This document shows, piece by piece, positions 1 to 11,942 of a DNA stretch of 64,000 nucleotides. The notes under the pieces are model-generated. The model saw nothing but the letters and a program-made list of their open reading frames with translations. It did no database searches and was not told the origin of the DNA. Position 1 is the first letter of the stretch, and every line of letters begins with the position of its first letter. The DNA is from Octopus vulgaris (lineage: Eukaryota). The position numbers were made by a program, and so were the translations under genes. Location of the stretch: assembly GCA_951406725.2 (NCBI GenBank), contig OX597827.1, forward strand, positions 49,290,001 to 49,354,000. The letters are read 5' to 3'.

Positions 1-100
1 GAGTAAACACATAAATGTGAAACAAGGTGGAAAAAAGAGAACTCAAATACCAGTGGTAGAGTAATATGCTTTATTTAAAGCAGCAGAAAATTAAACAAAA

Positions 101-135
<35 letters not shown>

Positions 136-223
136 GAAAAGTGTATATATATATACACGCACACATCATATATAGCAATAAGGGCGCACTTATATACATA
201 TAAATACATACATACACGCTTAT

Positions 224-266
<43 letters not shown>

Positions 267-524
267 CATGTTCATGCGCTTCGCTACATAGAAATAAGTG
301 TAAATGCCGACAGCGGATGAAGACCACATTCTGCAAAAGTTTATTGTTTCATGTCACAACCTATTCGCCTGTCTGACCACACATAGACATACGACTAATA
401 CGTATATCCTGTTAACTAGATTTTACTCTAGCGATTTCTATATATCTGTCAATGCTATATGTTATATATCTATTGAATTATCCCTCTGTGTGTGCATGGA
501 TGCGTCTGTCGATATATTTATATA

Positions 525-761
525 ATGGCTGTCTATTTTTCTTCCTATATAGCTGTTTTTCTCGTGTGTACCGTTGGCGATTTTTTTCCCTCTGTCTTCC
601 CTTCTCTGGATCTTTCCTTCTCCTATGTTTCCGACGAAGAGCTCCGCTCGAAACGTTAAACCCTCCTTCTTTCCTTCTTTCCTGAGCGTCCAATAATACT
701 ATATTTGTTCCACGTCCTCGCGTTGTTGTGTTTTTTTGTGCTTTCTTGTTTGGATTAACTA
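525..761 (+). mobile_element. Probable Penelope-like element (PLE) 3' terminus with hammerhead-like motif
   Basis: Pyrimidine-rich segment containing GTTT-CCGACGA-A-GAGC-TCC-GCTC-GAAAC-GTT-AAAC and ending at a (TA)n tract. Same layout as the termini at 38087, 49362 and 62490, the last of which is attached to GIY-YIG coding sequence. Confidence 0.6.
627..661 (+). ncRNA. Minimal type I hammerhead ribozyme-like motif (U4C core variant)
   Basis: Stem I GTTT/AAAC, core CCGACGA plus an extra A, stem II GAGC/GCTC, GAAA, palindromic stem III ACGT, putative GUU cleavage triplet. Confidence 0.55.
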
Positions 762-772
762 TATATATATAT

Positions 773-847
<75 letters not shown>
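762..847. repeat. (TA)n followed by (GATA)n microsatellite
   Basis: Read directly. Confidence 0.95.
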
Positions 848-1849
848 TTACTCTCTTCATCTCTATATCAATACATGGTAACATATACATGCACGTACAC
901 TTGTACTTGAACATAGAAATATAAACATTCACACGTGCACACTCACACATATATACACACATGCACATTTATGCATGATTTCATCTGCACTCAAATCCAC
1001 AGTTTCCCCCAGTTATTAACACCAAAACATATAAATGTATATGCTAGTACGCACATACACATATGTGTGTGTGTATGCATATCTATATGCTTGCACATAT
1101 GTGTATATATATGTGTGTGTGTGTGTGTGTAGATACGCACTCGCTTGTGTGTACGTGCGTGCGTACATCTCTATTCTGTCATACATAGGGACGTAGACTC
1201 AAGCACAAACGTGCGTATATATGCTTATATTTGCTCAGAAACATGCACACACATATTTACGGCTCGTATACATATATACATGTATACGAGTGTTTGTGTT
1301 TATACGCCTTTGAAAAGGAATGAATTTATTGACAATAATAATAAAGATATAGCGTGCATATATGGTAATAATAAAAGGAGTAGGGACTAAACAATAGAGG
1401 GATTTAAAATAATAGCATAAAAGCATAAAATATCTGATATAGAATTTAGAGTGTGCGCTAAATAAGTGTGTGTGTGTGTGTGTGCCTATGGTAAAAACAA
1501 ATGGAAAATACGTATGAAAATTATAAATAAAACTGATAAGAAATTATATATTATAATATGACGAAATGATGGATATACATAGAGTGCTAAAAGAGGTGAT
1601 AATGAGTACCTCTTTCTACTAAAGAAATTTCTCATATTCAATGAAGGTATCCATATCACTATATATATATAATGAGAGAGAGAAGCGACAGAGAAACATG
1701 CAGAAGTTTTGTAGAATAAAAATGAAGATAATGAGTGAGGAATAAAACAGTAATAAAATAGTTTTTTTAAAATTCGTCTTTGTGAAAACGAATATTATGA
1801 AGGTGAGATGTTTCATGTCAGGTTTTATGGGACAATTTTTATAAAATGT

Positions 1850-2040
1850 GTATATTGTGAAAAGTCTATACAGAAAGAAAAAAAGTAGGCTAAATAGAAA
1901 CCTTTGGAGAATAAATATAAGATCACAATCAATATCAATATGAAGGTTGTTAATTTCCTGATATCTTAAGAAAGAATTATAGTTTATTAAACAAAAATTC
2001 GGAACTGATCACAAAGTACCGACATGAGAATTATTACCAT
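1850..2040 (+). pseudogene. Internally deleted PLE ORF remnant (RT motif joined to C-terminal motif)
   Basis: Manual translation gives KITININMKVVNFL(D) at about 1919-1962, matching the PLE RT 'xNFLD' motif. About 20 nt later comes SLLNKNSELITKYRHENYY, matching the LLNKRSELxSKCRH C-terminus of PLE ORFs. Confidence 0.6.
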
Positions 2041-2607
2041 CAGAGACAATTCCAGTTACAGGCAAGTTACTTGCATGGATCAATACCCATCGATCATCAG
2101 CGATAAAAACGTTTCATAAACAATTTATAAACAGTTTATGCAAGCGTTTTAGAAAACTCGTTGCATAAAACCTATAATAAAACACGTGATATTATCAAAA
2201 TAACGTATATCGCCATGGGAAATAAACTTTCGTTCTGTTTTTTTTTTAATATTCGTTCATTTTTTTTTATATTTTCGCTGTTTTTATTCATTAATTTTTT
2301 TAAATTTCGATTGATATATATGTATGTATTTATGTATAACTTTTTCTTCGCGTCTACTCATTCTGCAACTTTTTTGTTATTATATACATTTCTTGTTATT
2401 TGAACCACTATATTTTATACGCACCGTTTTCCCCATTATATTGCTTTTATCAGTTTCTGCTATATTCTTATGTAACTTTGTTTGTAACTTCTTATATTTT
2501 AAAATTAATTTTGGGGCTATTCAGTTCGGAGATGAGAACGATATTAGGATATTTGCAACGCCTGCATATAGGTCAAGACAATATGTTCTGTATAGGATTA
2601 AAGAAAA

Positions 2608-2646
<39 letters not shown>

Positions 2647-2781
2647 GGGGGCACAAGACTAGTAATCTAGTGCAGAACCCAATATACATATATTTCAGAG
2701 CAAAATGTTAGATGAGAATAGAACAGTAATAAGAAAAAGAGATAACAAAGGAAAAACAATGGTTATGTTATGAATTTCACT

Positions 2782-3022
2782 AGCTTACAGTTGTTTCTGC
2801 AATGAGGTGCAGTGAACTCGTAGTTGAGTGCTTGAATAACATCCTATAACTTCATCGGAGCCTCAAATATGAAGTACAATTATTAGGGAAAAAAACATTT
2901 TTTCCCCAAATAAAATCTCTTTTCCTAAATGAATTGCACTTCATATTCAAGGTTCCGATGAAGCTACAGGGTGTTCTTCAGGCACTCAACTACGTAAGTC
3001 TAAGCAGAAACAGCTGTAAGCT
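2782..3022. mobile_element. Inverted pair of probable PLE termini, each with a hammerhead-like motif
   Basis: Arms at about 2782-2893 and 2919-3022 are reverse complements with mismatches. Plus arm reads CCGATGA (2955-2961) ... GAAAC-AGCT-GTA (3007-3018); minus arm reads CCGATGA ... GAAAC-AACT-GTA. Confidence 0.65.
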
Positions 3023-3120
3023 GTTTTTTTCTCGTTGTTTGCGTATTTAACTCGTTTCTTTTCGTACTTGTTGTTTACACAGTTGGTGATGTACTATACT
3101 CATATATGCCTATATATATA

Positions 3121-3140
3121 TATATTTATACATATAGATG

Positions 3141-3232
<92 letters not shown>

Positions 3233-3371
3233 CATCTATATGTATAAATATATGCATATTTATATACACCTATACGCACACATCTATACACATAGTTGTG
3301 TGTGTGTGTGTGTGTCTTCCCCTGAGGAATTGTTGGAGTTCTACCGGCCGCCTCGAACAATCGGCGAAGCG

Positions 3372-3447
<76 letters not shown>

Positions 3448-3545
3448 GTAGATATACATCTATATGTATAAATATATGCAAAATTTATATACACCTATAC
3501 GCACACATCTATACACATAGTTGTGTGTGTGTGTGTGTGTGTGTG
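3121..3545. repeat. Palindrome and tandem duplication within a (CA)/(TA)/(TG) compound microsatellite
   Basis: 3121-3150 is the reverse complement of 3223-3252; about 3222-3315 is duplicated at about 3445-3545. Confidence 0.85.
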
Positions 3546-3789
3546 CGTAGTAAACGGAAACTCGCTACTGAACTACTGAACAGCAGTTCATAGTAATAAC
3601 TTGCCTCAAGCAAACGTTTCGGCCTTTTAGCTACGCTGGTGCTCTAAGGGAGCCGGGCTCATCTTGGTCAACACTCCTAGGTGTTCTACTGCTGTTTTCA
3701 AAATTCTGCTTTTCGTTGGGATTGAAAACTCGCCCTTTACCTGAAATTTGGTGTATATCGCTCAGCTATGAAGATTAGTGAAAGAACTT

Positions 3790-3930
3790 ACTGTATTCCA
3801 ATTTAAGACCCAGCTATCGTTTGTCTTTGCCAAAAGCCGTATTGCGCTCTTCTCAGCTGTCTCCGACAAATGTTTCATAGTACTAAGATTCATAAGGCTG
3901 GATTCCATCCCAATTTCTATAGGCAATAAC
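3790..3930 (-). pseudogene. 3' ORF remnant of a restriction-like-endonuclease non-LTR retrotransposon (HERO/NeSL-like)
   Basis: Minus strand reads LPIEIG...MKHLSETAEKSAIRLLAKTNDSW, resembling the PIEVG...LSxxAExxSxWxW C-terminus of RLE LINEs, with a deletion between the two motifs. Confidence 0.45.
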
Positions 3931-3939
3931 TGACTGAGA

Positions 3940-4142
3940 TTACAAGTCTTCTCTGAATGGAACGCCGGTCTGCCCTAGCGTTAATTTCATGGCTATTGCT
4001 GGAATCCATTTACGGTTTAGTGGAAAGAACCATTGTGAAATGAAAAGTCTTGCCCAAGAATACAATACCGTCCAGTTACGGGATCGAAACGATGATATTA
4101 CGATTTTTGAGTGCAACGACCTAACCACAAGCCCACGCGCCG
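3940..4142 (-). mobile_element. Degenerate tRNA-derived SINE (head B/body B type)
   Basis: Minus strand GGCGCGTGGGCTTGTGGTTAGG...TTCGATCCC...TTCTTGGGCAAGAC, homologous to the copy at 58680. Confidence 0.65.
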
Positions 4143-4732
4143 TCACATAGGTATGATATTGCGCTCTACAGCATCGCGTTTCCAAATTTCTGGCAGAGCA
4201 AATTACGTCATGGTGACCCTACTATAATGTGTAGTCGACAAAATCAAAATCGATGCGTATGCCTGAAATAAAAATATAAAATGGCGACTATTAGCCCATC
4301 CCACCCTGTATGCATGAATATGCATGTATATGTATGATTGTATTTATGTATGTCTCTATGTATATACATGTATGTATTCTATATTTCCATTTAGTTGTAT
4401 CTATGTGATAAGTAAAGGTATTAAAAGTATTATTTTTATTTATTATTCGTTGCAGAACCTGGATTACATATTTATATCTTGAACATTTGTTGATTCAAAA
4501 CTTTAAGGTAAGTTTACACCTTCATGTTCTAAGCTATTTCTCATTCAGTTTGCACACCTATGTACATTATATGTATTGTTTTGAATTTGTGTGAATGTGC
4601 ATAGAATAATATAACAGTTGAATAAGGTTAAAGCATGGTCTGGTTTTCACGTTTTTTTTTTATATTTTAACACAAAAAAATATTTTGTAATGCTCATAAA
4701 TTAAATTACCGCTTTTATACATAATCATCAGG

Positions 4733-4740
4733 TATGTATG

Positions 4741-4772
<32 letters not shown>

Positions 4773-4822
4773 TGTATGTATGTATGTATGTATGTATGTA
4801 TGTATGTATGTATGTATGTATG
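4733..4822. repeat. (TATG)n microsatellite
   Basis: Read directly. Confidence 0.95.
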
Positions 4823-4839
4823 TGTTTGTATATATAGAC

Positions 4840-5185
4840 ATAACCGTGTAGATAAAAAAATGCTTCGCAAGCATGTAGTTCTGGTCTCAGCGCCACTATG
4901 CAGTACCTCGGGCAAGTGTCTTCTGTGGATCGACTAACAATATGTGAATGAATTTCACAGACGGAAAGTATGTCGAAGCTCGTTGTATATGTGTACGAGT
5001 ATGCCCCCATGCCGCTTGTAATCTGGTGTTGGTTTATTTACATCCTCCTCGTGTAGAAGTTCGGTAACATGCAACAATGGAATAAGCATCAGTCTTAATA
5101 ATATGCCCTAGAGTCGATTGATTTGTTCCACTAAATTTTTTAGGGATGAACCCCTCTGTAAGGCCGGATTATAAGGATTGAAACA
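4840..5185 (+). mobile_element. Degenerate SINE family B copy
   Basis: ACCTCGGGCAAGTGTCTTCT, ACAGACGGAAA, GGTGTTGGTTTATTTACATCC; homologous to 17151-17490. Confidence 0.7.
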
Positions 5186-5280
5186 ACCACATACTCGTGT
5201 GTGTATATGTATTTGGGTGTTTTAGTTTGAGGGTGTGTCTCTTTTTATGAGTGGAATGACAGCTATTTCGCAATATTCAT

Positions 5281-5624
5281 GGTTCTCCGTCGGTTACGAC
5301 GACGAGGGTTCCAGTTGATCCGATCAACGGAACAGCTTGCTCGTGAAATTAACATGCAAGTTGCTGAGCACGCCATAGACACGTAGTTCTCGGCGAAATT
5401 CAGCGTGACACAGAGTGTGACAAGGCTAGCCCTTTGAAATACAGGTACAACAGAAACAGGAAGAAAGGGTGAAAGAAAGTTGTGGTGAAAGAGTACACCA
5501 CCCCCTGTCTCATCCTCGTGGAGCTTTAGGTGTTTTCGCTCAACGGTCTGGGAATCGAAACGAATTCTTAATCTCTTACCATTGACCTCTTAATGAACAC
5601 TGACCACTGGGCCATTGCGCCTCC
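5281..5624 (-). mobile_element. tRNA-derived SINE, head A + body A + tail X
   Basis: Minus strand GGAGGCGCAATGGCCCAGTGG (A box) ...TTCGATTCCC (B box). Tail GTACCTGTATTTCAAAGGG...CGTAACCGACGGAG is shared with the 36632 and 59007 copies. Confidence 0.85.
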
Positions 5625-5802
5625 ACATTAGCAAGATTACATGTGAAGAAAGGGGAAGAAGGGCACACCGCAATTCAAGTTTATTCAAAATGAAATGCTC
5701 GCGTCCTTAATATAGTTTAATATAGTTGGACACAAACGAATTCTTAATCTCTTACCATTGACCTCTTAAGGAACAGTAAAATAATTGGCATTAATAACTT
5801 TT

Positions 5803-6172
<370 letters not shown>

Positions 6173-7066
6173 CCAGGAAATAAAAATAATTATTAACCCA
6201 AAAATTCTCACTGTTATAGCCGAAAATCTCGAAAATTTTCCGAAACGAGCAGAGAAAGGAAATTCAGCAAAACAACCACAACAGAAAAATTACTACTACT
6301 ATTATTACTATTGTTATACTACGACATCAAAAGCAGTAAAAGACTGTCAGAACATAGAAAAGAAAAGAAAAAAAAAGCAAGAAAATCAAACAGCAAAATA
6401 TATTCAAAAAGAAGAAAAAAAATTAATAAAGTCAACAAAAAATACAAGGACGAGGAAGAGAAATAACTAACGGTGTAAGGTTTTGGGACGTGACTTTATT
6501 GAGACATTATGATAAAAGCTAGAGAAAACGAAATGTGAGATTTATATTATATCTACGTGCAGATAAGATGGTTTTTAAAGCATTGTGGCGTGTACAGAAG
6601 TGGTTTTAGCAATGATCGTCCAACCTGCTTTATTAAACGAACCGGGCAGAATAATTGATGTCAGCTGTAATGAAAATCTTGCACATTAAATTTGCACACG
6701 GCACGACTCGGTTCGGCTCACTGGGAGCTTCAAGTCTTTCCAAATGTTTATTTTTGCTTTGTTTGTTTGTTTCTGGTTGCTGTCCAGTCACATCTTGCAA
6801 TGATAACAATGTTAACTTATTATTTGGAGAATATCTTAAGTGTTAATGCGTACGTCTGAACTTGTATCATATATATGGAATAATATCTGTGTGTGTTTGT
6901 GCATGTATGGGCTGCGCTTTCAATACAGCATGTTTCAAAAGAAAGCCAACTTCAATACATACATTTATATAAGCATATATACAACACTACGAATTACATA
7001 CATACCTACATACATACATACATAGATATTGACAGGGGAAAAGATACGAAAATAATAATAATAATA

Positions 7067-7730
7067 ATCCTTTCTACTCTATGCGCAAGGCCTGAAATTT
7101 AGGGGAAGAGGATAGTCGATTATATCGACCCCAGTGCGTAACTGGTACTTATTTAATCGACCCAAAGAACAAAGAAAGGATCGAAAGGCTAAATACCTGT
7201 TTCTTTACAACAAGGAGCTAAACACATAGAGGACAAACAAACGGAATTTGAATAGAACGTAGCGGCAGACGAAAGTACCGGCATTTCTTTACTACCCACA
7301 AGAGGCTAAACACAGAGAGGACAAACAAGGACAGATAAACGGATTAAGTCGATTATATCGACCCCAGTGCGTAACTGGTACTTATTTAATCGACCCCGAA
7401 AAGATGAAAGGCAAAGTCGACCTCGGCGGAATTTGAACTCAGAACGTAACTGCAGACGAAATACCGATAAGCACTTCACCCGACGTGCTAACGTTTCTGC
7501 TAGCTCGCTGCCTTAATAGTAATAAGAAGAAAAAGAAGAATGGTTTTAAATTTTGGCACATGGACAGCATTTCGAATGGAGAGGGCAAGTCGATTATATC
7601 GACCCTAGTGCTCAACTGGTACTTATTTTATCGATCCTGAAAAATGAAAGGCAAAAATACACCTGGGCATAATTTGAACTGAAAAACGTAGACCATAAGA
7701 AATGCCGCTAAGCATTTTGTCCGACGCAGG
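7067..7730 (-). mobile_element. SINE family A: composite multimer plus a second copy
   Basis: Repeated GTCGATTATATCGACCCCAGTGCGTAACTGGTACTTATTT and GGCAAAGTCGACCTCGGCGGAATTTGAACTC; head ends CTCGCTGCC near 7512. Confidence 0.9.
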
Positions 7731-8639
7731 AACGGACAAACTGTTTAGCAACATAATAATTAATAATTATAATATTTGTCTGTAACTTGAGTATCATGCG
7801 ACAAATTTGAGGACGGGATTAGTCGAATAGGTTGTTCTCGTGGGGGTGAGGTTGTATTACTTTTGAATTTTTGCTTGTTATACAGCAGCTTCACTGCATT
7901 TGCCGTTAATTTTATTGTTCTTATTGTTGCTGGTGTGATCATTGATATAGTTAGCTAGCTGTAATGTTTTGTTTTATAACAGCAGCTATTCTGCTGCTCT
8001 ACAAGGGAACAAAATGGCCTGAGATATTTAATGCCAGGACAATCGAAGTACTTCGATATTCTACCTTAGGTGTGCTTATGACTTAGTGTTTGCTTCTTCC
8101 ATGGGTATAAGTAAGTATTTCATTCATTTATTACCGTATTTATCGTTGACGAGGAGAAAATTCTTATGAATTAACTCTGAAATCGGGACCGATACGATAA
8201 TAACGGAATTTGTGAAAAGTTTCTTCGATATTCTACCTTCTACACCTAACAGCGTGTTAAGTAGGCACTCAGTATGGAATATGGAAATGGTCTGAACATT
8301 TCCAAACGTTCTTGGGTGCAATTAGCACCTGAGTCAGTCGTCGAGTTCTCTGGTTCTCTCTCATGCTAGGTGTATCGAAAGTGCGCTTCCTTGTTCTCTT
8401 GTTCCCCCATCGCCATCAATATCCACTGATCTCAGTTTAACGACACATTATGAATAGTCACTGTGGTAAAGTGATGAACCGTATAGGGAGGAATCAGGTC
8501 AAATACTCTCGAGACATATGGATTAGGAGAGCACATTTTCAGTTTTACCAACACGGCGCTATACGCATTTTCCTGGCACTTTCAGAAATGTCTTTCACCA
8601 GTTCTTTTTTTTTTTTTTTTTGCTGATTAAATCGGACAA

Positions 8640-8795
8640 AATGTTTAGCAGAATTTCATCCGGCTTTTTCTCTTCTGAATTCAAATCCCACTGAAGTCCA
8701 TTTTGCCCTTCATCTTTTCGGAGTTAATAAAATGAGTACCAGTTGAGCACTAGAATCGATGTAATCGATTAGACCCTCCCCACAAAATTTGCTCT
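8640..8795 (+). mobile_element. Degenerate SINE family A copy
   Basis: TTCAAATCCC...CCTTCATCTTTTCGGAGTTAATAAAATGAGTACCAGTTGAGCACT. Confidence 0.75.
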
Positions 8796-8970
8796 GTGCC
8801 GATAACAGAAAGAGATATGTTTATGCAAATGAAGTTGGCGGTGCTTCGCAGTTAATAAATCAACGCATACTCTGGCTGGACAATCATCAATGGAATCTTT
8901 ACACACACACACAACATACACACACACACACATACACACACACACACACACACATGACGCCACTTGCCTT

Positions 8971-9207
8971 ATATTCTTTTACTTGTTTTAATCATTTGAC
9001 TGCAGATATGCTGGAGAACAGCCTTTTTAGTCGAGCAAATCAGCCTTCCCCACCATGACTCATTCTTTGTAAGCCTAGTACTTAATCTATCGGTCTATTT
9101 TGCCGAACCGCTAGTTTACGGAGACGTAAACACCCCAACATCGGTTGTCAAGTGATGTTGCGGAGGAGGCGAACCAAACAAACATATACAGACACACAAA
9201 CATACAG

Positions 9208-9280
<73 letters not shown>

Positions 9281-9416
9281 CGACGGGCTTCTTTCAGTTT
9301 TCGTCTACCAAATCCACTCACAAGGCTTTGGTTGGCCCGAGGCTATAGTAGAAGACACTTGCCGAAGGTGCCACGCAGTGGGACTGAACCCGGAACCACA
9401 CAACCACTCCTGCGCC
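8971..9416 (-). mobile_element. SINE family B with internal (CA)n
   Basis: Minus strand GGCGCAGGAGTGG...GGTTCCGGGTTCAGTCCCACTGCGTGGCACCTTCGGCAAGTGTCTTCTACTATAGCC; tail CTAAAAAGGCTGTTCTCCAGCAT...AAACAAGTAAAAG. Confidence 0.9.
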
Positions 9417-9717
9417 TATATGTTCATTTTAAAGTGAAGTGTGTGTTGTGTCTCGTAAACGCACAAGATAGTTTAGTGCTTTTGTGATTCTCATTACTGT
9501 TCGTTTTTTGCTGTTATGGATAACTTTTTCTTTATAGTTGTTGGTTCCATCGATCTTATTATTGTTGTTGTTGTTGTTATTGTTATCTTGTTGAAGATAT
9601 TAATGTTGCTGTTGTTACTTGTTTTGTTTGATATTTACTGGCATTCTGAATTTTAGTTAGCTTTTTTTTGCTGGTCTTATCGAATTTAACAAGTTTTTAT
9701 CTTTTTCCACCTCCCAT

Positions 9718-9925
9718 TGAATTATTATTATTATTATCATCATATTATTATTTTTTTATTATTATTATTATCCTCATCATATTATTATTATTATCATCAT
9801 ATTATTATTATTTTATTATCATTATTATCCCCATCATATTATTATTATTATCATCATATTATTATTTTTATTATTATTATCCTCATCATATTATTATTAT
9901 TATCATCATCATGCCTACTACTACT
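9718..9925. repeat. (ATT)n/(ATC)n trinucleotide array with a roughly 55-60 bp higher-order unit
   Basis: ATTATTATTATCATCATATTATTATT...ATCC(T/C)CATCAT recurs three times. Confidence 0.85.
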
Positions 9926-11129
9926 GCTTTTCGTTTTTTTGTTGTTGTTTTTTTTGTTATTGTTTTTGTTGTGCTAAGTAGAAGTTTTGTAGCCATCGTC
10001 AGAATTGTTGTTTATAGCAATTTCATTTTCCGCTTCATTGCTGTGTTTTGACATGGAAAACTACACACACACACACACACACACACACTCACGCGCACGC
10101 TACATATGATTTGAAGGTTTTAACTCTATCCTGAAAATTATTAAGTGACGATGAGCAGCTAAACGAAATGATGACGGAGTCGACGACGGAGTTTCAGTTT
10201 TCAATTAACAAGAATTAAGATCCGGTTCAGTTAATACCTGACGTCTATCAAATGACCAACATTAAAGGATGCCAACAAGAATAACGAAGAAAAGTTATCA
10301 ATAATAACGAAAGTAACAGTAACGAAGATAACAGTAACACTAAGATATTTAATTCATTTAGGAGAGCCATCAGGACCTGTTATAAAAAACCTGCTTCACT
10401 TCATAATGAACCTATAAAACGAGTGCAGTCGTAAAGATTCCGGGAGGAATAGACCTGCCAGGATATGAGCTGAATTATTCACCGAAAAGTACAGCCATTT
10501 ACAAAGACATAAACATGACAAAAACAAAGAGAGTAAGCGCCTCTTTTCTGTGCGAGCTGAAAAGTGTCAGAAAAATTTATGAGTTGCCATTTTGGTGCTT
10601 CAGAAAAAGGAAATCGTACGGATCAATGAAACAGTCGATATGTCTGTGTTGGCAACAACAGTCGGCAATTGAAAATTTAATAGGAAAAGTGGGTAACCGT
10701 AATTGCTGTTGGGGGCACAGAACATAGCTCATGTTTTTGGGAGTTTTTTTTTCTATTTTAAAAACCTTTTCCCTTAGCATTTCTGCCGCGATGGCGCACC
10801 TAATTTCCGGGCTTTTCTGTTTCTTTAATCTTTCCCAGCCCTCTTGGTTTAGGATTTTTTATCCATCAGCCGGTCTGACATAGTTAATTGTTAATATTTA
10901 ATTATAATGGTATTTCTTTGCAGTGGTTTGTTAAACCGTTAACCCCTCTAGCGGCGCTCTTTCCACCATATATGACTGCTGTTGACCCTCAAAGAGTTCA
11001 TTCCCCTTTGACATGCCTAATCATTTAATTCTGCTGAGTACCACCAATACACCTACCCGACTGAGCAACCCCAGTATTGAGCCGGCTTAATCGCCGACTA
11101 CTCATCCAGAAGTATATAATCTCTGGATT

Positions 11130-11265
11130 TACGTGGTTACCATGTTTTCATCCTATGATAGCATTACTCTGAATGTGATATGGACTTTTTAAAGATGTTA
11201 GGGTGGGATTTGAGAGAGACTTGGTTGTTTTTCCAACAGATCGAGGGACCAGGTAGTCTTTCCGT
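11130..11265 (+). repeat. Unclassified interspersed repeat (other copies about 11640-11715, 24590-24985 twice, 61395-61580 minus)
   Basis: Shared motif AAGATG..AGGGTG.GATTTGAG.GAGA.TTGG.TG.TATTTCTAGCA.G across copies. Confidence 0.55.
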
Positions 11266-11779
11266 TGTTTTCTCATTGCAGATATGTTCTTTTTAACCTT
11301 GGATCATCCCTAGCTTAACAAAATTATGACAAAAAGCATTCAGCCGTGACCATCCCATCGACTTTTCTCCCAGATATATTGTATCTAAGACTATATTGTG
11401 CAATGCTTTTCCTTTTTTTTTAACGACAAAAAGTAACTTCAGGAATATTTGTGGAACTCTGTAGAGATTTTCCGTTTTTGGCTTGTTAGTACTGATATTG
11501 TTAATATTGCTTCTGTAAACGTTTGGCCCCAGATCAAATTTCATCGAGCAAACCTCGAATCTAGTTTATCTTTGTCTCTTTCTCGGCGTGCCTATCTTGC
11601 TTGTCCTTTGAAATTAATTTCTATACACAGTATATCTAGGATTAATATACCCTTCCTTTTTGAAGATGATAGAGTGTGTGATATGAGATTTTGCTGCTAT
11701 TTCTAGCAAGTGCACCAACATGACTTTACATTTATTCTTCAAGGCATCGATAAAATTAGAACAATAGATTGGTTTCGAT

Positions 11780-11942
11780 TTGGCAGGAGTTGGGTAAGTC
11801 AATTACATCGACCCAAATGCTCAACTGGTACTTACTTTATCGACCCCGATGGGATGAAATGCAAAGTTGACCTCAGCGTAATTCGAACTTAGAAAGTAAA
11901 AACGGACAAAATACCGCAAACCATTCTGTCAGCTCACCGCCT
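11780..11942 (-). mobile_element. SINE family A copy
   Basis: ATTACATCGACCCAAATGCTCAACTGGTACTTACTTTATCGACCCCGATGGGATGAAATGCAAAG...CAGCTCACCGCC. Confidence 0.8.

Noticed and set aside
1-102. Possible truncated PLE-type terminus at the window edge
   Set aside because: Cut by the window start and a (TA)n tract; no diagnostic motif visible.
8051-8239. 17-bp direct repeat CTTCGATATTCTACCTT as a TSD
   Set aside because: The enclosed 155 bp shows no element hallmarks.
8230-8580. Possible Gypsy RT/RNase H remnant (WKWSEHFQTFLGAI)
   Set aside because: One weak motif, with stops and no supporting neighbours.
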